From positions 21,362,398 through 21,426,397 of the forward strand of contig NC_069005.1 of assembly GCF_001194135.2 (NCBI RefSeq): a DNA stretch of 64,000 bases, given 5' to 3'. Source of the DNA: Octopus bimaculoides (Eukaryota). This document shows positions 36,403 through 47,690 of this stretch, in pieces. Made by a program: the position numbers and the translations under genes. The notes beneath the pieces are model-generated. The model did not search any database and was not told the DNA's origin. It saw nothing but the letters and a program-made list of their open reading frames with translations. How positions within the stretch are numbered: the first letter of the stretch is position 1; each line of letters begins with the position of its first letter.

Positions 36403-36634
36403 ATTTCTTTACTGCCCACAAGGGGCTATACACAGAAGGGACAAACAAGGACAAACAAACAGATTAAGTCGATTATATCGACCCCAGTGCGTAACTGGTA
36501 CTTATTTAATCGACCCCAAAAGGATGAAAGGCGAAGTCGACCTTGGCGTAATTTGAACTCAGAACATAACGGCAGACGAAATACCGCTAAGCATTTCGCC
36601 CGGCGTGCTAACGTTTCTGCCAGCTCACCGCCGT
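36403..36634 (-). mobile_element. SINE family B inserted in an older family D element
   Basis: 17-bp direct repeat tcaggcctttacttctt at 36386-36402 and 36635-36651. Confidence 0.85.
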
Positions 36635-37293
36635 TCAGGCCTTTACTTCTTGTCAAACCATTCAACCCATACCCTAATGGAAGATGGACTTTAAATGGTA
36701 GTAGTGATGATGATATAAGCATATAATTGTATATTAGAAAAGCATCTAAATATTTCTGCTTTGTATTTTTCTCAAAGGTAATTTAGGTGTAGCAAGTGAG
36801 TTTTTCTTTGTTCGTTTATTCAGTTTCTCAAGCCATAGACTTATAAAGTAATAAAATCAAACAAATCTCCATTATATTGTAATTTGTAGACAGAACTAAG
36901 TTTTGTTTCGGTCAAAACATCTGAGAAATATTAACTAATAATTTGTTTAGCTTTGGGAAAGCGGTGAATCCCAGTACATTTGCTCCAACTATTCACATGT
37001 AAATATTTAAATTTCCATAATTCTATATTTTTCATGGTGTTAAAGAAAAAACAAAAAAACGAGCAATAATTTGAAAAAGATACATGAAATATCATCATCA
37101 TCATCATTTAATGTCCGCCTTCCATGCTAGCATGGGTTGGACGATTTGACTGTGGATTGGCGAAGCTGATGGCTACACCAGACTAAAAAAAAAAAACTAT
37201 ATTTTTCATCCTGCTATATCAAAAGATATAGCAGGATGAAAAATATTGAACTTTGTAAGATCAAATGATCTTAACAATTTCTGCTTTGAGAAC

Positions 37294-37395
37294 CAGGTCA
37301 TCAGCATACAAAAGGGACAGGTCATCAGCATACAAAAGGGACAGGTCATCAGCATACAAAAGGGACAGGTCATCAGCATACAAAAGGGACAGGTC
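37294..37395 (-). repeat. Perfect 24-bp minisatellite (4.25 copies) inside an RTE RT fragment
   Basis: Unit caggtcatcagcatacaaaaggga x4 plus caggtc. The minus strand reads (SLLYADDL)x4-VLKAE. Confidence 0.9.
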
Positions 37396-37949
37396 GGCAT
37401 CTGTTCTTGAACTGATTTGTGACTGACTTTGGAACAAAAATGAAAATGAAGCTGAGAAAAGAACCTCCTTAGTTGTCATTCAAGTGAATGCACCCTGTTA
37501 ATTTCCACTCTACTTTTAGCATCCTCCTTGTGGTCTGCTCGTGTTTTCTATTGATTATTAGAATACAATGTTGGTACTGTTAAACTGTTAAACACTTTTG
37601 CCAATGAAACCACCTCTTCATGGTTGCTTGACCTGTCAAAAATAACAACCAAATCTTAGGGAAGCCACTTTTAATCATAAAGTCATGAACACATTGTAAA
37701 AGGTAGTCTTAGATGATAAGATGAGCTGTTTATGGTTAGAGCACTCTTGATCACAGTTAATTTGATACTAACCAACATGAGCCAACTTGAACTAGAAATA
37801 GCAGCTAAATACTCTTCAAATCCTCTTGTACTTCTGTATTAAGAGCAGAAAGGACACATTAGATAATATCTTTTCTTTTTTTTAAATGAAAGTTACTAGT
37901 TCAGCATGCAGCAAAATACACTACATCATGAACATATTCTCTCAATCTA

Positions 37950-38150
37950 TCCCCTTCTCATTTCCTAGCATTGAGTTCTACCCATGATTGACATTGAGAC
38001 CAGTCTAGGATCTATTCTCTCCATCTTCCATGGAAATGTCATAGATTTCTCTTTCCAGGTATCATCCTCTCCAGACAGATCTTGGAAACAGCACATGCTG
38101 AATGCTTGATGTCGCCAAACAGTTTCGAAGAAGTTGCTTTTAACTTTACT
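37950..38150 (-). mobile_element. Decayed RTE LINE C-terminal fragment
   Basis: Minus frame FGDIKHSACAVSKICLERMIPGKRNL*HFHGRWRE*ILDWS resembles the RTE motif FGHxxRxxxxxxKxxLEGxxxGKRxRGRxxxRWxDxI. Confidence 0.55.
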
Positions 38151-38892
38151 AAAAATTGGTGGTGTGACAGCTAGAAGGAGAAATGACTGCACTGGCACTG
38201 AGCAGATACTCATTTTTAGATGGAGCAATGTGAAATGAAACCTTGTTCAAGGAAACAATGCACTATCCAGTCCAGGAACTGAACCCATGACCTTGTGACT
38301 GCGAGCCTCCACACCCTAATCACTAAACCTTTGTACAAATATTGAAATAGCTAGAAACATTCAGTCTCTCACCTATGCTCTATGTGGAAAACATCTAAAC
38401 ACTCTTGCTTTCATTGTATCTACAAATGTATGTTTTTGTATATTTAACATTTTGACCCTGTCAATTTAGTCTTAGATACCCTTAAAAAAACAGTGATGGC
38501 TGTTACAGATGTAATGCCTCTGAACATAGGGGCAGTCTGGGGCTTAACAACAACAACTTCTTTCATTTTGCATGTTAATTCACTTGATTCTAACATTTCT
38601 ATTAAATTCTTTTCCCTTATACTTTCTACATTGATGCTACTTTTCTTGCTGCAAGTCAGCTGAAAAGAATATAAAGGCATTAATGTTAGTTAAGTTTCTT
38701 CTTGTTAACAGTCAAAGAAGTGTTCCTGTCTTTTCTGTATCTATCACTCCAAGACATATGCCCAGCTCTGTTAATGCTGTTGGTGGTAATTCTATATATA
38801 TATTTTTTTCTAATTTGCACATTTTATTCTGACTGAGGCATTACAAACTGGAGACCTTAGTTTAGCAAATACCGTGTTGTAGTAGTCTAGAT

Positions 38893-39165
38893 CAGGGGTT
38901 TTCAAACTGTGGTCCACGGACCACAGGGGGTCCGTGGACAGCAAATACTTTTTATGGGCAATTTGATTTTATATGTTTTTTAATCGAAATCTTTTAATTG
39001 ACAATAAACCTATTTGTTAAATACTGTTAAATAAATAAATGCAAAGATATATGTTATTTTAAGCAAATATTTATGTATAAATTTCATAAGTGTTTATAAG
39101 GGGGTCCCTAAGGTAAAGCCTGAAATATAAAGGGGTCTGCAAGTCAAAAAGTTTGAAAACCCCTG
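38893..39165. mobile_element. hAT (Charlie-like) MITE
   Basis: TIR caggggttttcaaact / agtttgaaaacccctg and a perfect 8-bp TSD gtctagat (38885-38892, 39166-39173) matching the NTCTAGAN preference. Confidence 0.92.
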
Positions 39166-40416
39166 GTCTAGATGTACTTATCCTGGCTTCATCACTAAAC
39201 AATTCATTTTTAAAAACTAAGAAAACAGGAAAGTGTTAAGATGCTTTCCACATAGAGCATAGAAGAGAGATTAGATATTTCTAGAAGTTGTGTGGCTTAG
39301 TGTTTAGAGTGTTAGGTTCACAATCACATGGTTATGGGTTTGATTTCTGGACTGAGCAGTGTATTATTTTCTTGAGTAAAGTTTCATTTCATATTACAAA
39401 ACGTGGCCTCTTAACACCAACACAGCTCCAACAACTAAGTCAGTAGTTGGGAAACTGCAGGACCAGCCCAGAAAGCCAACTTTCCCAGAGAGGAAGAAGT
39501 AATCATACATGGCTGGATATCTTCTGTAATGTAATTCTTCGTCACCTGGGCTCACACTGACTGTAGTTCTTCATCACCTGACTTCACACCGACAGTAGTA
39601 CTTTGTCACCCAGCTTCACACCTGGTCAACTGACCACCATGCATTCACTCACCAGTTCATGTAGTCCATCTCAGTAAAAGCATGCCAAAAACATGCAGCA
39701 GGCTTTAAATCAAACACTTGATCAATGAACATTATTTCTAATTAGAATTAATCATGGATCCATTATTCATTTTCTCTTGTGGAACTAGAGAAAAGTATTC
39801 CAAGTAGTATCGTTTTAAATTGATACTACTAATTGTGAAGTTGCATGGTTCAGTGGTTAAAGCATTGGGCTCACAATCATATGGTAGTGAGTCTGATTCC
39901 CAGACTGGGCTGTGTGTTGTGTTCTTAAGCAAGACACTTATGCCTTTCTACAGATATATTTGTATGAACTGCATGAGGATTTAAGAGTTTTGGCCTTAAT
40001 TCAGATCACACAACATTTGTGTGATTTATGGTATTTATTTTGATTTCAGAATTTTTACATAATGTCAACTAGTCAGCTGTGAATTCTCAAGTGAAAATAA
40101 GAAATATTTCCTGATAAGTTTCACTGTGTGTTTTTGCCTAGAGTCATAACATACAATATATGGTAGAGTTTAAACTCATGACTTTTGTTAAAAGTTCTTC
40201 ACCTTAACCGCTCAGACTATTTTCTTCCTGGCAAACAAAGAACAAAAGTTATTTTTATATAAGACATTTGAAATGGAGAAATTTAGTACACATTCAATTA
40301 AATTCTCAATCTTTAATGTTGATTTGACATTTCTAATAGCCATAAAATTTTTCTCTAAGTTCTAGAGGATATAGAAAAGTAGTAAAGTGTCTTTGAAAAA
40401 AATAATTGTTAGTATA

Positions 40417-40797
40417 AGCACAGGAGTGGCTGTGTGGTAAGTAGCTTGCTTACCAACCACATGGTTCCGGGTTCAGTCCCACTGCGTGGCACCTTGGGCA
40501 AGTGTCTTCTACTATAGCTTCGGGCCGACCAAAGCCTTGTGAGTGGATTTGGTGGACAGAAACTGAAAGAAGCCCGTCATATATATGTATGTTTGTGTGT
40601 CTGTGTTTGTCACCCCCACCATCGCTTGACAACCAATGGTGGTGTGTTTACGTCCCTGTAACTTAGCAGTTCGGCAAAAAGAGACCGATAGAATAAGTAT
40701 TAGGCTTCCAAAGAATAAGTCCTGGGTTCGATTTGCTCGACTAAAAGGCGGTGCTCCAGCATGGCCGCAGTCAAATGACTGAAACAAGTAAAAGAGT
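40417..40797 (+). mobile_element. SINE family A
   Basis: Near-consensus copy. Confidence 0.88.
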
Positions 40798-41425
40798 AAA
40801 AAAAAAAAAAGAGTATTATGATAACATAACACAAGAAATCTTATATCAGTAACACACACTCATGTGTTTAATACTATGAATATACTTAGTATAATGAATG
40901 TATTTTCAGCTAAATTCACAGTTATAATGTATGTTTGAGTCGAGTCCTGTATAATATTTTATCTCAGATTATAACTACATTGCCACATATGCAAAGTGCC
41001 CCATTTTCTGAGAGTAGTTAGGATATTTAAAGTAACACCTATTTCCGAAAGACATTTTTATCGAGCACTTGATGATGTAGTTATTCATGCGGTTGAGTGA
41101 AGTAGCTTAATCTTTCATGTTTCTTCCACAAACTCCTTTGCTTACTTTAAAATGAGAATCCCATTTTTAAACTTTACATCATAACAACATACTTACCAGA
41201 CTTACTACAAAGATATGATGGCTTTGGCGAGAATGACAACTGAACAATTCTTTGATTGGCTATTTCTGTGCCATTAGTAACATTAGTCTATTTTTGCTGA
41301 TGTGTTCAAGGTTACTCATTAATAACAATGCTTACAACTAATAATGTGTTGCATATGTGGACTTTTGTGTCTGCAATCATTTTATTTCACTTATAACAGC
41401 AAAAGCAACACATTTTTATTGTATA

Positions 41426-41833
41426 ACTCTTTTACTCTTTCACTTGTTTCAGTCATTTGACTGTGGCCATGCTGGAGCACCGCCTTTAGTCGAACTAATC
41501 AACCCCAGGACTTATTCTTTGTAAGCTTAGTACTTATTCTATCGGTCTTTTTTGCCGAACTGCTAAGTTACAGGGACGTAAACACACCAGCATCGGTTGT
41601 CAAGTGATGTTGGAGGGACAAATACAGACACACAAACATACACACACACACATATATATATACATATATACAACGGGCTTCTTTCAGTTTCTGTCTACCA
41701 AATCCACTCACAAGGCTTTGGTCGGCCTGAGACTATAGTAGAAGACACTTGCCCAAGATGCCACACAGTGGGATTGAACCCAGAACCATGTGGTTGGTAA
41801 GCAAGTTACTTACCACACAGCCACTCCTGCGCC
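41426..41833 (-). mobile_element. SINE family A
   Basis: Near-consensus copy on the minus strand. An older + copy follows at about 41878-42210. Confidence 0.88.
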
Positions 41834-42243
41834 TATATGTACGCATATAATGAATTTTTTGTGGAAAAGTAGTAGAGAGGCATGGCTATGTGGTACAAAG
41901 TTTTCCACGCGGCTCTGGCACTTTAGTGAGTGTCTTCTATTATAGCCTCAGGCCAACCAAAGCCTTGTGAATGGATTTGGTAGATGGAAACTGAAAGAAG
42001 CCTATGCAATTGTGTTTGTTCCCCAACACTGCCTGACAACTGGTGTTGGTTTCTTTGTGCCCCTATGACTTAGTGGTTCAGCAAAAGAGACCAATAGAAT
42101 AAGTACTTGGCTTAAAGTACTGAGGTTTATTTGTTCGACTAAAAATCCTTCAAGGGTGGTGCCCCAGTATGGACACAATCCAATGAATGAAACAAGCAAA
42201 AGATAAAAGATTTAATAATGTATTTTAGTCACAAATGGTGTTA

Positions 42244-42621
42244 CCATATTTGATGGCATAAAAGATGCATGGGCATATTAGATGCACCCCAATTTCTGCA
42301 GCACATATTCAGGAAAAAAAATGGTTTTGGCATATTAAAGCAATGTAGCATTACTTTACAAAACATTACAAAAATACTATATCTTTAGCAGAAGACATTA
42401 TAAAAAATGTAAGTTAGCAGTACAGCTGAACATAAAACAAAAAGTCAAGCGAAGTAGAAAAATCTGTCTTGTTTAATATTGGCCTATAATAGTGAGTGAC
42501 AGGGACGAAATTAGCTTGGGGCGGGGGAAAACCCAGCTTTGCATATGGGATCTGGGGTGATTTTTTGAGACTTTTTTTTGGTTTTGGAAAAAGCGTGCAT
42601 CTTGTATGCCACCCAACATGG
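42244..42621. mobile_element. Tc1/mariner (Tc2/pogo-like) MITE
   Basis: TA|ccatatttgatggcataaaagatgca ... tgcatcttgtatgccacccaacatgg|TA. Confidence 0.75.
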
Positions 42622-43401
42622 TATATGTTTTTAAGAGACTACATTTATATGTGTCTCTGTGAACATGACAACTGTGTCTTTTAAGAAGTGAGTTTTCTCA
42701 CCAGTAAGAGTCTGCATCTTTGTGTAGTAGAGTATCTGCATGAAATATTTAGTAGAGAATTTGAACTCAGTACTACAAGCATATGAAACACTTGTCAATA
42801 ATATAGTAAGGTGATGAGCTTCCAGAATCGTTAGCACGCCAGGAAAACTGTTGAGCAGCATTTTATCTGTCCTTACCTTCTGAGTTCAAATTCCACTGTG
42901 GTTGCAATGTAATTAACTTATCCCCTCCCCAGAATTGCTGGCCTTGTGCCAAAATTTGAAATTAATAATATAGTGCTCTTACTACTCACTGTTATGGACT
43001 GGGCCTATTCACAATGTCCTTTTTATATCTTTATTGATTGGGTCATTTGATAGTTAAGTGTCCTAGAAACGGGCACTTGGCTACACTTGTGATAATCTAT
43101 CACTGTACTGACTCAGTCATTTGTAGCTGTCTGCATAATAAAGCTTCAAATAGATTTTATCTGTTTGAAGTATTGACACATCGGACTATGTCATATATTA
43201 CATGGTAGAGAGAGGAAAGTGGTGCGTGGATAAGATACTACTTCATGTCTACTGCAGTCACATCACACAGTAGGTCACCGAAAATTATGTGTCTGTTTTA
43301 CCTAAATATGGAAAATGAGTACCTGCAATAGACCAAAGATAGCTTTTGCATCTATATATAGGTAACACTAGTCAATATAAATTCCATTAATAGAAAGATA
43401 T

Positions 43402-43807
43402 AGACGTAGGCATGGGTGTGTGGTAAGAAGTTTGCTTTCGAACCACATGATCCCAAGTTCAGTCTCATTGTGTGGCACTTTGGGCAAGTGTCTTCTACCA
43501 TATCCTCAGGCCAACCAAAGCCTTATGAGTATATTTGGTAGACAAAAACTGAAAGAAGCCCATCATATATATATATATATATATACGTCTGTGTCTGTGT
43601 TTGTCTCCCCGCCACCACTTCACAACTGGTGTTGGTGTGTTTTCACATCCCTGTAACTTAGCAGTTCAGCAAAAGAGATCAATAGAATAAGTACCAGGCT
43701 TTAAAGAATAAGTCCTGGGGTAGATGTATTCAACTAAAGATTCTTCAAGGTGGTGCCCCAGCTTGGCCACTGTTTAAAGACTGAAACAAGTAAAAGATTA
43801 AAAGATA
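43402..43807 (+). mobile_element. SINE family A (older)
   Basis: Full head-to-tail match with more substitutions. Confidence 0.82.
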
Positions 43808-43903
43808 TTAAAACAAGAGTTTTGTTAGGGAACATTTTCAAAGATTTTTATCACGCAAGTCAATAAATATTACATTCATAAAAAGTTAGTAAAACAATAA
43901 TTA

Positions 43904-44289
43904 TACTCTTTACTCTCTTTTACTTGTTTCAGTCATTTGACTGTGGCCATGCTGGAGCACCGCCTTTAGTCGAGCAAATCGACTCCAGGACTAATTCTTT
44001 GGAAGCCTAGTATTTATTCTATCGGTCTCTTTTTGCCGAAACACTAAGTTACGGGGACGTAAACACACCAGCATTGGTTGTCAAGCGATGGTGGGGGGAA
44101 AAACACAGACACACATATACATATATACGACGGGCTTCTTTCAGTTTCCGTCTACCAAATCCACTCACAAGGCTTTGGTCGGACCGAGGCTATAGTAGAA
44201 GACACTTGCCCAAGGTGCCACGCAGTGGGACTGAACCCGGAACCATGTGGTTGGTAAGCAAGCTACTTACCACACAGCCACTCCTGCGC
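43904..44289 (-). mobile_element. SINE family A (young)
   Basis: Near-consensus copy on the minus strand. Confidence 0.88.
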
Positions 44290-44368
44290 TTGAACATCGA
44301 AACTCTAATAAGCAATTATTACATAATGAGGAAAAACAATGCTACTTCATTGGCTAGTATTATTTTAA

Positions 44369-44589
44369 CCCTTTAACATTCAGATTGTTCTGTCAAATGT
44401 AATGTTTATTCATTCACATTGTTTTGAATTAAGCATGAATTATCTTGTAACTTCACGGTTTCAATGATGTGACTGTTTATTTTTACAATGACATAGTAGG
44501 GTGTGTACGAGAGGCCAGATCTAGCTGGTTTCACCATAAAACAGATAGAATATTTTAGCCTGATATGGCTGGTTTAAATGCTAAAAGGT
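44369..44589 (+). mobile_element. piggyBac-type MITE family 1
   Basis: TTAA|ccctttaacatt ... aatgctaaaaggt|TTAA. Confidence 0.8.
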
Positions 44590-44986
44590 TTAACATTTTG
44601 GCAAGTTTGGGAGGCAACTTGAGATATGTTTTGATCTTATTAGACCTCCTCAGTCAAGCAAAGACTTTACTGTATTTGCAGGTGGCATCTCTGAGTAATT
44701 TCTTTAGTCAGTGATTTATTTCTTTAAATATGCTATTTTTTTCTGTACTTACTCATGTTCAGTTTGCACATCTTCATAATTATCTAATCACTACTTCAGC
44801 AAGTGTAATGAAATCCTATTTGCAGATGAGTTCTAATAAGGTAGAAACATGTCCAAAATTATCTCCTATACCTCAAAAAAATTAATATAAAATAGTTTTT
44901 GTCACAGAGCTGTTATTGTCTTTTCCTCACCACAGAGTAATTTTCATCTATGTTTTTTTTTTAATTATTCCTTTTTCTTACCCCAG

Positions 44987-45101
44987 ATACTACTCAAAAT
45001 GACTGTTCCATACCAGAGATAGACTATTGTGATGAAGAATTTATTTTTACCCGTTACACAGAAGGTTCACTTGTGTGGGCAAGAGTGGAAGGTTATCCTT
45101 G
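44987..45101 (+). CDS. ZCWPW1: ZCWPW-type exon: C-terminal end of CW zinc finger and first strands of PWWP (DTTQNDCSIPEIDYCDEEFIFTRYTEGSLVWARVEGYPW)
   Basis: Acceptor ttattcctttttcttaccccag and donor TG|gtaagt, phase 1-2. NDCSIPE is the last-Cys motif of CW fingers (NxCxxPE) and GSLVWARVEGYPW is a canonical PWWP start. CW immediately followed by PWWP defines the ZCWPW family. ZCWPW1 versus a ZCWPW1/2 co-ortholog is not resolved. Confidence 0.85.
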
Positions 45102-47146
45102 GTAAGTATTGCTACTAAGATTATCATATCTCGGCAACTGAAATATAGCACAACACTGAAAATTTGTAGTAACCTGCTAAAAATAACATCATTTTTACTT
45201 TTGGAACATAGTTTATAATTAGATAGATGCATACATACATACATACATAGACAAACAGACAGACTGGTTTATTGCTTACAATTGGCATAATATTTACGAA
45301 AAATATAAAGGTTGTTTAGTATGTCAATTAGATCATCATCGTCATCATCATCGTTTAACATCTGTTTTCCATGCTGGCATGGGTTAGATGGTTTGACTGG
45401 AGCTGGTAAGGCCAGGGGCTGGACCAAGCTCCATTGTCTGTTCTGGCATGGCTTCTATGGCTGGATGCCTTTCCTAATGCCAACCACTCCATAGAGCAGA
45501 ATTTGAACTCAGAACGTAACGGCAGACGAAATACCGCTAAGCATTTCGCCCAGCGTGCTAACGTTTCTGCCAGCTCGCCACCTTATGGAAGATCAATAAT
45601 AAATAACCGATGCATCATGTGGCTTATTAGTTAGAGTATTCAGCTCATGATCATAAGATTATGAGTTCAGTACCTAGCGATGCATTGTGTCCTTGAGCAA
45701 TACACTTTATTTCACATTGCTCCAGTCCACTTCGCTGGCAAAAATTCTGTATCACGCTGAATCCCCATGAGAACTACGTTAAGGGTACTTGTGTCTGTGG
45801 AGTGCCACTCACTTGTTAATTTCATGAGCAGGCTGTTCTGTTGAGTGGATCATCTGGAACTCTTGTCTTTGTAGTCGATGGAGAACTAGATAAAATATGT
45901 ATGGCTAAGGATCTTGCTTCTCAACCAAATGGTGTTCCATTCAGTCCCACCATATGGTACTTTGGACAAGTATCTTATGCTCTAACAATTCTGAAATGAA
46001 CATTTTATGTGACTGTGTATATAAGTTGATATCTGAACCTATTGAAAATTTTACGGAAACAACAAGAAATTATCTTGTTAAAACATCGGACATAAAAATC
46101 TAAACACTTGGCTGTGTGGTTAAGAAGCTCGTTTGACAACCAGATGGTTTTGGGTTCAGTCCCACTGTACAGCACCTGGTGCAAGTGTCTTCTACTGTAA
46201 CCGCGAACCAGACAATACTTTGTGAGTGAATTTTGTAGACAGAAACTCTATGGAAGCCCATCATGTGTATATGTGTGTGTGTGTGTGTGTCCACCACTGC
46301 TTGACAGCCAGTGTTAACTTGTTTACATCCTAAGTTTAGTAGTTTTGAAAACGAGATCAATACCAGACTTTAAAAAATAAATACTGAAGTCAATTTGTTT
46401 GACTAAATCCTTGAAGGTGGTGTCCCTGCATAGCTGCTGTTCAATGAGTGAAAAAGTAAAAGATGGGGAAAAAAAAAAACAGAACACAGTCAAGCATTAA
46501 ACTAGCTTGCAAGGTAATGCATTGTATATGCTAGTGACTCATGCTCTCTACTTGAACTTATCCAAGTGAAATCTTATCAGTGTGGTCATGAATCACAATG
46601 CATTATACAGAAATGGACTAAACATAATAAACAATTTTACTGAATGTCTCTCAATGAGAAGACATTTTCTATTTTTTCCATGATTGATAGTAAAGAAAAT
46701 AAGTGCTGTACTTTCCTACATGATGTTAAAACTCAAATCTGTAAATGGTTTTAGTGATAAATGTGAACATTGTCGTTATCTTATCCAGCGAGCATAATGC
46801 AAAAAATAAACAAATAAATAAATAAAATACAAAAATTTTTTAAAAACCAGTCGTTCATAAGCCATACTATATAGATGTGAGAAGTGTTTGTTCCATATAT
46901 GCAATGCAGAATTGGTTTTAGCTAGATCATTTATAATGCACAAAGTTACTTTCATGGTTTTATAATTTTTTATGAGTTGGCAAATAATTAAACAACAAAT
47001 CCCTCTTTTAAAATGGTGATTCCTATTGTGCACAGGCATGGCTGTGTGATTAAGAAGTTTGTTTTGGGGTCTGATTCCACCTTACAGCACCTTGAGCAAG
47101 ATGTCTTGTACCCTATCATAGGTAGAGACCTGTTGTATGTGTGTAC

Positions 47147-47200
<54 letters not shown>

Positions 47201-47202
<2 letters not shown>

Positions 47203-47690
47203 TCATCATCATCATCATCGTTTAACGTCCGCTTTCCATGCTAGCATGGGTTGGACGATTTGACTGAGGACTGGTGAAACCGGATGGCAACACCAGGCTC
47301 CAATGTGATTTGGCAGAGTTTCTACAGCTGGATGCCCTTCCTAACGCCAACCACTCAGAGAGTGTAGTGGGTGCTTTTACGTGTCACCCGCACGAAGGCC
47401 AGTCAGGCAGTACTGGCAACGGCCACGCTCAAAATGGTGTCATCATCATCATCATTTAATGTCCATTTTCCATGCTGGTATCGGTTGGACAGTTTGACAG
47501 GGGTTGGCTAGGCAGAAGACTGCACCAAGCTTCGCTGTCTGTTTTGGCAAGGTTTTTATGGCTAGCTGCCCTTCCTAATACCAACCACCTTACAGATTGA
47601 ATTGAGTGCCTTTTATGTGGCACCAGCTCCAGCGAGGCCTGTTTTGGCATAGTTTTTACAGCAACAGAAACAGGTGTGTTGCTGTAGAGG
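47201..47690 (-). mobile_element. Two tandem family D elements with (GAT)n tails (RTE-type tail; Ceph-SINE-like)
   Basis: catcatcatcgtttaacgtccgctttccatgctagcatggg...ggatgcccttcctaacgccaacc occurs twice. The first copy ends at about 47442, directly at the (CAT)n tail of the second. Confidence 0.75.

Noticed and set aside
36778-36795. Possible 18-nt (or 9-nt) microexon GNLGVA with a gtgagt donor
   Set aside because: The splice signals are plausible and phase 1-1. However, it would fall after the gap that must hold the CW core, inserting residues into the C-x2-N-x-D-x3-N-x-C spacing, and no CW exon is visible downstream of it.
37294-37395. CRISPR-like direct repeats
   Set aside because: The units are contiguous with no spacers, in a eukaryotic context. 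It is a minisatellite.
38500-38545. CYRCNASEH zinc-knuckle-like peptide
   Set aside because: It lacks the final Cys, has no splice context and no flanking gag-like sequence.
43071-43110. GTWLH-CD-like string resembling a frameshifted CW start
   Set aside because: There is no following CxKWR or WxC motif and stops occur in all frames. Probably a chance match.
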